A DNA stretch of 64,000 nt. Origin: Ginglymostoma cirratum (lineage: Eukaryota). Below, one piece after another: positions 26,101 through 38,100 of this stretch. Every line of letters starts with the position of its first letter. Position 1 is the stretch's first letter. The notes below the pieces were generated by a model. That model saw only the letters and a list, made by a program, of their open reading frames with translations. It searched no databases and was not told the origin of the DNA. The position numbers and the translations under genes were made by a program. Location: positions 23,221,408-23,285,407 of the forward strand of contig JAHRHZ010000002.1 of NCBI GenBank assembly GCA_024137785.1, read 5' to 3'.

Positions 26101-29100
26101 TAGCATTGAATTTAAAGAAACACTGTCCAAACCTTCAAAGATTAGTGGTAGGTCAGAAGGTTAGGCAGACTTTAAGAATAAAATTGTGAATGAACTCCCA
26201 TTTCTTCCCTTTCTTTTAGCTTGTTACATTCTGTTATGATGTCCTCCTGCCCCCACTACCACCAACATTCCAGTGGGACTATCTGTCCTTTCAAGTCCAG
26301 CAAGTAGACACACCATTTGTTCTGCCATTTTCACATTCCAATCACTTAATCTGAACTATCAACATCATGTTCTCCACCAACACCTGATACCCACTACCCC
26401 CACACATCCCCTCCTCACCCCAACTGTAGCATAAATGCTGCTCCCTCCGCACTTCACTTCAGCTCTGATGAAGGGTCATCTAGACTCAACGTTAGCTTGT
26501 TCTCTTTCCATGGATGATGCCTGACCTGCTGTGATCTCCAGCATTTGTTGTTATCTATCATAGAAATGTGCTAGAATCCAAAATTAAGAAGGTTTTATCT
26601 GGTAAAATATCTTAGAAAATCACAATTTGATCAGGCATAACAATCATGGTTTTGTGAAAGGGAAATCATGTTTAACTAATCTGTTTGAGATTTTCTGATG
26701 AGTAAAAAGTGGATAGAAGGGAGCTAGCTCGTTGATATCGTTTACTCCTATTTCCAAAAACCATTTGTTAAAGTGCCACAATAAAGGTGACTGCAAAAGA
26801 GAAGAGCATGTGGCTCAGATATGTAAAGTTAACATATTAACATTGAATAAAGAGTTAATCAGTTAACAGGAAGCAGAGAGTGGGGATAAGTGGGTCATTT
26901 TTTAGATGGGTATGCTATTAATGGAGTATCACAGGGATCAGTGTTAGGTCTTCATTATTTACGATGTATATCAATGATTTGGATGAGGGCATCAAATGTA
27001 TGGAGTTTGATGAACAAGAATGGTAGTATGTTGTCAAGAAGAGGAAGGGAGTCTACAAAGGGATGTAAACACATTAAGCAAGTGGGCAAAAAATGGCAGA
27101 TGGAGTAAAACATGGGTAAATGTGAATATGCCCACTTTGGCAAGAAGAGTAAAAAATCAGTATAATAATTAAACAGAGAGAGGTTGCAGAATTTGATGGT
27201 ACAGAGGGATTTTGATTCTCGTGCTTGAATCACATGAAGTTGGCATGTAAAGTTAATAAGTGATTAGGAAGGCAAATGAAATGTTGTTGTCCAAGGGCAA
27301 GGAGTTGAGCATATAAATGTATGGAAGTTTTATTACAGCTCTGAGGGTCAGTACTACGTGCAGCTGTCTTCCCCAGAAAGTAATGGAGGCCTAGTCTTTA
27401 AATTTATTCAAGTCTGAGTTAGATAGATTTTTGATATACAGAGGTTCAATGGTGCAGACACGAAAGGTGAAAGCACAGCCAGATCATCCATGATCTTCAG
27501 AAATAGTGAAACAAACTCAAGGTGCCAAATGACCTACTCTTGACCCCAAGTCCAAGGTTATTTTGAGGCTCTGTTACACATTGTAAGTCCATGGGCTTTA
27601 TTATTAGTCCTAAGGCAGTGTTGCTGTGTAACTCAGAGGTTTTTTGATTATCCTTGGACTTCGTTACAGTGTAATTCTGTGTAGGTTACTGGTTATCCTG
27701 ATACTGCATTGCAGTGTAATTCTTGGGGGTTCATTGGATTTTCTGAGACTATTACCGTGTAATTCTTTAGGGCTTGGTTGATTCTTCTTTGCCCACAGTG
27801 TCTGTACTTCTGATACCCAGTGGTCCCTAAGTCTAACAGGTGTGACATAAGGTGTGTCATTTAAATGTAAAGGTTGGATTTTTATCTAGTGCCATACGGG
27901 TCTGAGTTTGTGAGGGAGTTTAATGATTAATTTGAAGCCTTTCTGGAGCCATAATTCTTTTACAAACTTTATGAAAGACAGAGAAACAGTGTTTTTCTGG
28001 ACTGATAATGGGAATTTATTTGTACTGTGAGAGATTTAAGATCAAACAGAGAAAACATTAAAAAGCATTAGCTTGCTTTTGATTTTAATCAGTCAGAATT
28101 TATTTTTGCTGAGGACAAAATCCCATTACTTGAAAAGCTTTTGGTTTTCATTCACAAAAGGCTCTGGAGTTAGATATGACAGCAATTTCAGCTGGAGAAA
28201 TGAGTTAGTATTGAACAGTTAAGAAATTGGTCATTTTTGTGTGAGAGTTTTGAAATTCCAGGCCAGTAGTTTTTGATTAATCCTAAAGGGATTATTTGTA
28301 GCTGGGAAAGTCTAAATTTCAATGTGACAATAATCAAGACTGAGAATTGTAAAAATAATTTAATCAACCCTTTGGGTGTAATAGAGATGGGAACACTCCC
28401 TCTAGTGTTTGAATACTGCAAAGAGATGGTGTTTTGGATAGTTGGGATTGTATTTTTATTTTCAAAATATTTCAAATTGCGTTATGTGTAAACAACTTAG
28501 TTTGTTCTATTTTATCTGATTTCTTCTGCATAATGAACTTCTGATTTGTTGTTAAAACTAAATCTGTAGCATTGCATGTTTGTATTTTGTTGACAGACCA
28601 CCTTGTTAACTAAAACAGTAATATGATAGATCAAGTCAGATTTCCATTTGGGATCTAACCTGTCCTGTAGTAACATCAGCTGGGACCATAACAAAGTGTT
28701 GTTGCTGTATTAAAGTGTAATTCTGTGGAGTTTACTGGTTATTCCAGCCTGTGTTACAGTGTATTATGTAAGGTTTATTAGTTTCTCCTAGGCTTTGTAA
28801 CAATACAAGTGTTTGCATTCCACTGTTCTTGTTGATAGTCACTACTCATCTCACTTGCACAAACTCTTTCTCCAGTTCTTTCACTTGGATGTCTATAACA
28901 GCGATGGCTCCCCTCTAACTGTGGATCAGATTCACATGCAGCTGCAGCAAATCAGGAATCTGTCATGGAAAACAGATAAGGAGCCATTGGGCGTGCTAAC
29001 CAGTGACCATAGGAACACTTGGGGACAGGCCTACAATACCCTCATGAAAGGTAGAGTCAAACAATGCGGTGTTGGAGAAGGCATAAACCCATTTGGTTTT

Positions 29101-32100
29101 CAGGCTAAATTCTGAAAAGCTGCTGAATGTTGTTATAATGTCCTGCTTCAATTTTGTTTTCTATAAAACATCCACAACTTATCTCAACCCAGAGTTGTTT
29201 AAGACTGATTCAGTTTTGTCATGTGCACCACTCAGTGAGGAATGTGTTGGCATTAGGTAAGCGTAACAGAAGGTAAAGGCATTAACTAAACATCTTTTAC
29301 TAAAAGACAAAGCAGGGATAGGTCTGACTGTGCCCATGAAGGAGGTTTAGGACATCTAACCCATCGTGTCAGGGAATATTATCCAAATATAGAAAATCCA
29401 GTTTTTGAAGATAGTTTTCTATCCTATGATAAGAAAAATGTGTTGCTGCTCACCTTGTCTGAACATTCACCATTATGCATGGAGCACCGAGTAATTTGAT
29501 TTTGTATTTGATATCTGAATATTGTGTATGAGTGTTGCATTCTAGAATTGTGATTTCTGTCTCTTACAAAAGAATTTGTAAATATACACAGTCATTACTA
29601 ATTCCTGATTGTTCTTGTTCTTCTGCTGGTTGAACCATAGAATGGTAGCAACAAAGGAGGAGGTCATTCTGCTGTCTGAGCCTGTGTCAATTCTCTGAAT
29701 AAGCAAATTAATTTTCCCAGCCTCTTCTGCTCTTCCCCTGTAGCCCTGTAAATGTTTTAACCTTAACTGTCTGTACAATTACTTTGTGAAATTCACAATT
29801 GAATCTGCCAACACTCCTGGGTAGTATGTAAGAGATCCTAATCATGACATGTAATTAAATAAAAAGTATTTATTTTGCCTTTGGTTTGTTTGTCACACTT
29901 GTCAATTTAATTTGATGTCTTCTGGTTCTTGATCCTTCTGACCATGGGAACATTTTCTCACTATCTGCTTTGTCCAAACCATGATCAAATCTGCTCTCAA
30001 CTTTCTCTTCTTGGAAGAGAACAATCCTAGCTTCTCTCATTACTGAGGTCGCACATCTCTGGAACAATTCTTCTAAATTTTTTTCTGCACCCGTTCAAAG
30101 CCTTCACATTTTTCCTAAAACGAGGTGGTCAGAATTTGACACAAATGGCAGTTGTCGCCAAACCAGAGAATTACAAAGGTTCATCATAACTTACTTACTG
30201 TTGGTTGTATTTTATCATGCGTGCATTGAAGACGATATGGCAGGAATGTGTTGCACTGTGCCTCACTTGTAGGAACTAGGGCTGTAGGAAAATTGAACAT
30301 TTCATTTAGAAACAGAATTACTATGTATTGAATACAGTTCCCTTCCATTACAGTACTTTGCATTGGATACTGTTTATTTATATATTATATACAATGTTTT
30401 AAAATGATAAATGAATTGTAAAGAGTAGTCCTAGAGAATTTAATTACCAGTAATGGATGAAGAACAGGGAGGCACAACTTTAAAATGAAGGCTCGGTCAT
30501 TCAGGAAGAAATCAACACACACTTCTTGAAAGGCAAGTGGAAATGGAAAATCTTTCCCTAACATATCCATATTACACCTCCCCTTCCCCCAACAAAGTCA
30601 ATTGAATGTTTCAATGCCTAGAGTAGACTTTTATTTCATAAGGATAGCAGGGAAAGAGAGGTAGGTAAAAGGCATAAAAATGGATTTGCAGTCTACACCA
30701 CCCATGATCTGGTTAAATACAGGAACAGGCTCAGGTGGCTGAATGGTCTCTTCATGTCTCTTTCCTTCCTTTCAGTAAGGTTTATACTCTTTACTATGAT
30801 CTGTAATGCACCAATTGTTATTATCCTCAGACAAACTGAACAGAGAATCTGTACGGGCCATTCAGAAGAGCATTTTCACACTGTGTCTAGATTCTCCAGT
30901 CCTGAAGATCTCGGAGGAGAAGTATACAAGCCGCATGGCAGCTCAAATGTTGCATGGAGGAGGAAGCTACTCAAACAGTGGCAACCGATGGTTTGACAAA
31001 ACTCTGCAGGTAGGAGACACTGAGACAGCATGCTGAACTCATTCCAGCATTTAATGATCTAAGAAGAGGTGCATTTGCACAGTACCATATTAAGAGTGCA
31101 TTGAGCGTTTAGATGTGTCACTGTTCACAGTGTTAAAAGTATCAAATTCCATTTCCAATACAACACTGAAAGATACATGCTGTAGGAACTCAATGTAGTT
31201 TATGCATGAAATGTGCGAAATTTACATGGTTGGTACAGGCCTGAGGGGTACACAAATGAATACTGTCTCTTTGACCTTTCACTGGTGACAGATTTTAGTT
31301 CCTCTGCCATGCACGTGATTTGCACCAGATGCACACATTCGACACAGTGAGTCTGGTGCTGGGGCATGTAGATTCTCTTACCTCAGATACTGGGAAATCT
31401 GTCGTGAGTAACTCACCTCCTGACTGCTCACAGGATAATGTAGGAATAGGATGGTATACACCCCTGCTTGTCCAGATAGGTGCAGTTCCAACAGTGCTCA
31501 AGGAGTTCAAAACCACACAGCGTAACGCAGACCACTGAACTGGCTTCTTATCCACCACCTTTTAAGGTTTCCTATCATCCTCCAATCTTATACAGTCACT
31601 GCAGTGTGCACTATAAATAATATGCATTACAATAAATCACCTACGCTCTTTTAACAGCACATTCCAAGCCTGTGACCTCTACCTTCTTGTGTAACCAGTC
31701 CTCCAAAAGGGAAAACTCCCTTTGTAGCAGCACCACTAGGAATAAGTAAAAAATGCAGTCCTTGCGAGTGATGTTCACATCCTAATCAGTAGCAATAATT
31801 CTTAAAAAGATAGTTCTTCATAGACTGGAGCAGGGGGATATCTTTTTGAGACTAAAATGGACGTTTGGGGGAAATAATTGGCACTTTGTAACAAAGCTTG
31901 TGTAATTTGTGTAACTCTGCCACAATCAGAATGACAATGTGCTCAAATCTACATGAGAATTCCCATGTTGTTAGGATCGCAGTAGATCTTTTCATGATCT
32001 CTGCTAAGAAAAAGCAACTTGGCCTCTTCTCTCCCTGTGATAGCAGATGTAAATTAAATAATCAAGTTTTACTTGCATGTATTAATGCAAAATTCAGTCA

Positions 32101-35100
32101 GCTATGTCTGCAATCGTCCTTGTATCTGGCTACTTAAGCATATCTCTTTGTGTTACAGTTCATTGTTGGGGAGGATGGATCTTGTGGTGTTATATATGAA
32201 CAGTCTTCTGCAGAGGGCCCACCCATTGCCACCATATTGGACCATGTTCTTGATTATTGGTAAGAAAATGCATATAGTACAGAGTGAAGTCCTTTTTTTT
32301 ATTTAAAATGTTGTTTATTTTCTAAATATGTCCTTTTATTTCTCCTCTTTTACCTTTTTGTTTTCTATCTTTTGAGGAAGCATGTGGATGGCTAAGGATC
32401 ATCTCAATGCACAAGACTGACAGTTATTGTTGATACTGGAGACATGAATATTATGTGTTTGTTTCTTCCTGCTACTAAAATAACTTCTGCCAAATAGGGT
32501 TGAGGACTCCATTGGGATAGCAACACAGAAATGTCATGCTTAAAGCTCTGTAAATTAGTCAAACTTTTATTAGGGTTCTGACAGGATAGAATGCTGGCAT
32601 ACTGTAACTATTGTGTAATAAATTAAGAGAATTTATTAAGTAACAAAGCAATACTTAACAACTAGGTGATATTTTACAAGTTACACATGGCCAAGTCTCT
32701 CCCGAGCATCTTGGACACTGACCAACATTTAACTGTGGTCTGATTTGACTTCCTTCTTCTGTTTCTTTCTTCTTCGATCTTTTTTCTGAGAACCTTTGTA
32801 ATTGTACACTAAATCCTTTCAGACAGTACGTTTTATCCCAATCTAACTTCAGTATACAGGAATTCTCTTACCATATTTGGTAAAAGCATCTGACTTACAA
32901 CATTCATAGCAAAATCAATATGATTGATGTTCCGTTGATGCTCCATTCAAAGTTACATCAACAGACCACAATACTTTATCAATAGCTACATCCCAAACTA
33001 CAATAAAGAAAGTTAGCATGCAGACACATTACTGGGTTTATGTTGTTCTTTACACTTCGAGTCTTTAGTTTTCAAACAGAAGTATGCAGACAGAATGACC
33101 ATTTATGTTTAGCCCAATGTATGCAAAGGGTTGGCCATTGTAGTAGCAGTTAACTCCTTGCTTGCCCAAAGACCATACAAACTTGTGCAAAGCATAGTTT
33201 CTAAAATTCAAAGCACTAGGAGTAATACATTAAAAACCCATATTTCAGACAACTTGTAAGTATCCTTGGCATTTTTTCATCGTTTTACCAAGCAGGAAGG
33301 AAAGGTATGTATTTATGTAGCACCATTCATGATCACAAGATAACCCTAAATGTTTTACAGCCGATGAAATAGTTTTGAAGTTAGTCACTGTTACAGTGCA
33401 GAATTTGTAGAAACCAGATTGTCCATAGCAAAATCCTACAAACGGCAGAGAATCTGTTTTTGGTGAAGTTAGTGGAGGGTACGCATCGACGCGAAAACTA
33501 GGCATAATTTACCTGACTGTCTTAAAATAGATCTTCTACATCCACCTAGTAGGTCAGGTGGATTCTTGGTTTAAGTCTCAATAAAAAGATAGTATCCCTA
33601 ACAATGCAGTATTCCCAAAATATGCACTGAAATGGCAGCATTAATCTTCATGCTCGGGCCCTAGAATGGGATTTGAGCTTTCAACCTCCCTACTTAAAAG
33701 TAAGAGTACTAAAAACTGAGCCACAGCCAATACGTCCTAATCCCAGTCCACATGTATTAAAGTACCTCTATTCATCGCTCAGTAGCGTGAGACATGGATA
33801 CTCAATTCTGAATAATTGACATGCAATAATGAGTATAAACTGGATCCAAATTTTCTCCAACTGTTTATAATTTGACACATATAATTCAATTCAATCTGCT
33901 GGTATACTGACCACCCCCAAGTTGTTTTAAGCAGCATTGCCAGTAAACAGTTTTCCCATTTAGTCAGGAGTGATGTAAAGGAAAAACTGTGATTTTTTTT
34001 TTTTTTTCAAATTGTTTTTCAAAGTCAGTTTAATCTGGTAAATATAATTAACTGATTTACAGAAGAAAGGGGTGGAAAACCATATATGTCATATGGTTTT
34101 TTTCACAATTAGTCTCACCAACCTAAATAGGAGAGTGTATGTTTAAGCTCCCGGGTAGAGATAGTGAGAAGGGATGGAACACTGAATCTAAATGTCTGTG
34201 ATTATAGATTTTGATCAGAACTTGTTGTAAGGCAAGTTGCAAAATGAGCTCCATTTCCCACTGAATCTGGTGAAAATAACACATCCACTGACGATGATAA
34301 CAGAAACTGTAACCAGTTCCCAAATGCAGGCTGACTTAGGGAATGAGGTACTTAGTATGACTAATATTCAGCATTAACTTTGTAAATTACATGACTTTCA
34401 GAAGTGATTGACTTTTGTTTTGTAAATCAATGCTCTTGTTTATAAAGGATAAAATGTCTAATTCATGTGTTGCATTTATAGTAAGGACCCGGATACAGTT
34501 CGAGCTCCCATGATTCCACTGCCTTTACCAAAGAAACTTTATTTTTACATCACTCCAGAGATTAAGAGAGATATTGAGCATGCCAAACAGAACCTGGACA
34601 TGTGAGTATTGTACCTGCCAGTTATGTTTATGGGCATTTACAAGATTGGATGAAAGGAACATAAAAATTGTACGTGTCTATTACCTGTGATTCGGCTGTT
34701 GGTTTATATTACTTAATCCAGTATTCATATTCCTTCTCTCAGATAATGGTTTCCTTCCAACTTGGTCAATGGGGTAAAGACAATCCCGAATGCACACATA
34801 CCTTCAAAATGAGGAGATTTATTCTGTGTATCTACAGTCATGAAATTTTAACTGTGTCTATAGAAAACATGTTTACAATTTTGCCATGCTCTGTGGAAAT
34901 CCCATCCTTGGGACATCTGCCCAGAATTGGTTAGGTAGAATTTTAACTTGGTTTCACTTCTCTTTTCAAAGCTATTAGCTTGAAATTGGCCAAACTTGTG
35001 CAGTAAGTTGCAAAGTTTTAAGTGTGAATTCTGTTCGATAAAATTCACCATTGATTCAGGATGAATTGGTCAGCATTGGGAAGTTTGATAAATTACCCCA

Positions 35101-38100
35101 CTTCCTGGCTGTCAAGGAGGCTTTAAGAAAATAAGCGATTTCTTTTGGGTGTAAGGAGAATAGGCACATTTAAAAGCATCTAAATGCATTTTTCCATTTC
35201 ATAATTAGGCTGTGAGTGTCATTGGCAAGGCCTGCATTTGTCACATATCCATATTTGTCCTTGAGAAGTTGACTTTGAATTTCTGTTGTCCATGTGGTGT
35301 TGTTACATTTACAGTGCTATTAGGGAGGGAGTTCAGCTACAGAGAGGAAAATGTCACTGGGTGACTATGGAGGGAAATGTGGAGGTGATGCTGCCCTTAC
35401 ACTTCCCAGTGGTAGAGGTCACAGGTTTGGAAGCTACTGTCAAAGTAGCCTTGGCAAATTGCTGCAGAGCATCTTGTAGATGAGACATAGTGCTGTAACT
35501 GACTGTCAGTTATGAAGGAAGTGCATGTTGGAAGTGGTGGATAGTATGCCATTCAAGGAGGCAGTTTTGCCCTGGATGTTCTTCAGTTTCTTGAGACTAT
35601 ATTGTGCATTCATCCAAGCAAGTGTGAAGTATGCAAGCACAAACCTGACTTATACCCAGCAGATGGTATGCAGGCTTTGGGAACCAATTGTTGAGCTACT
35701 CAGCACAGAATTCCCACCCTTGGACCTGTTCTTGTAGCCACTATATTTGTGTGTTGAGGTTTTGGTCAAGGTAACCCCAGGATGTTGGGAGTGGGTGATT
35801 AAGCAATGGTAATGGTATTGAATGTCAAGGAATGATGGTTAAATTCTGCCGTGTCAATCATGGTCTTGGTCTGGCACTTGTATAACCCAAAGGTTACTTC
35901 TTATTTACTAAGAAATATATAGTTTAACTACCTAATAATTCTGTACATGTTTCTAAAAAAGCTCATTTTCTGATTTATAATTAGATTACTCACAGATGTG
36001 AAACATATACTATGCCTCAAAGTGCTTTTCTTTTGTGATGAACCATTTTCAGCTGTATTAATATAATTTCACCAAGTTACCACTTTAATCTAGTCAGGAA
36101 CATTTTAAAAATAAATTTTGCAAACCAAGGTGTACAGTTGAGTTTGAGCAGAAACTTGAAGATATATGCTTCAAAATTTATTCCTGATCGTGCAGAATGC
36201 AGAAACTTTATGCCGTGTATATCTTTATGACATTTCTGATGTAATAAATTATTTCTGAAAATTTGAGAGTTGCTTTAAGATCAATATTTGCCATCGTGAA
36301 TGGTGACTGACTTGATTGAATTTCTCCAGGTTTTTTATTCAACCCCTTAGTTAGAAGATAAGTACACGCATGCAGGCAGTACTTTAGATGGATAAAGGAC
36401 ATGCCTGGAAAGTTCCAGAAGCGTTTCTCAAAAAAAGTGTTGTATTTCTGCAAATTCAGAAAGTTATGCGAAGATCAATTCCATCAATAAAGCATGGAAG
36501 CTACACAAGGATCTCTTAATGTACTGGTTCTGATGGAAACTTAGGCCTTAATTGTATCCACCTAATCCTATTCTGAGCATTTTGTTCCTAGACAAAGTTA
36601 TTGTGGAACCATAAAATAGGACTCAGCTGAAATTGTACTTTTGTTACAGTTTAGTTAATGACTTGGACATCAGCTGCTTCACCTATAGGAACTTTGGCAA
36701 GAACTTTCCCAAACTACATGGAATAAGTCCAGACTCCTTTGTACAAATGGCACTGCAGTTGGCGTATTTTAGGTACGTACTCCATGATGGAACAAAACAT
36801 TTCAAGCTGTCATTCTCATGATGTTGAATTTAATCATATACAGCTTTTACGAGTTCACTCACTGTTTTGATACACTCAGTAATTAAAGTTAATACAAATG
36901 CTATCGGAATTGGATGACATTTAGGATCTGTACGAATACTCTTCACCCTGACTTGTTCCTGATTAATTGTGCCTTGTATTAGGCTTCTCCAGAGCCTCTT
37001 GTTTCTCTTTACATTTTACATTTGTATGAATTATTTTGGAGGAACTTTTAAGACCTTACTGAAGGTCTTGTTTACTATCTTGTTGTTAAATTCATCTATG
37101 TTGTTTACCTCAACTCCTGTCTTTGATAGAATAGTTAGAAAGTGGATATTGCTATTAGTTAAAAAGTCACTCTGAATTCCCATTGGATTTATTAGTGACT
37201 ATCTTGCTCGTAGTTCTGGTCTTCTGCTCAAACATAATCATCTCCCTTCAATTAACTCTTGTAAATCTTTTTGTAATCTGGACACCCTTTATCAGAACAA
37301 CACTTTGCCTTCTCTAGCACAAACAGCTCTGGTTTGTTCAATTTTTTTTCACCTTTATTCCTCTCGCTCTCATAGCATCAATTTTTCACATTTTCTGAAA
37401 TGGGTGGCCCTCACTGGCCAAAGTTGCACACATTGGAAATGGGGTGCATAAATAATTTGTTTCAACGTGGATGTTTAACTTCTATTTCAAATTATCTTTT
37501 CAATTCAGCAACAAATGCAGCTGCTCGTTCTGTCTGCTTTTGACAATCCATTGCATTGGTTTCTCTGACATTTATGGCTATTCCACAGATACATCCATCC
37601 ATTGTTAGTTTAAAGTATTGATAACGGCATATGCAACAAATGTCATATCAATTGCTATATTCAGATACATGGCTGTGCCTTTGTTGTTGTTTCATTCCCA
37701 TCCAGATAACATACATTTTCTTAACTATGGCAAGAGAAACAGAACTAAAGCATCTAAATAAGTGACCTTTCATGAGACACTAATTTAACCTGAATAGCCG
37801 CAGCACATTATGGGAATTCTCATTTGCCAGTTTAAAATTTTGAGGCTTTATGAACCTGTTGGCAGATTATAAGCACAGTAAGTTCTTCAGGACCACATTT
37901 CCTAGCACTGCCCTTTGAGGGTAGAGTAAGCCTTCCTGTCTGGTAACAATGGCATGCAGCTCCAAACAGCTGAAACATGAAGTCTGCATGTTAACTCCCA
38001 TGTAGAAATGTACCAAGATGTATTTGGAAGTCATGTTTCAGAGCCAGATAGCAATTGTTTTTAACATGGGTTCAGTTTGAAAGAATGTTTTTATTAGTTC

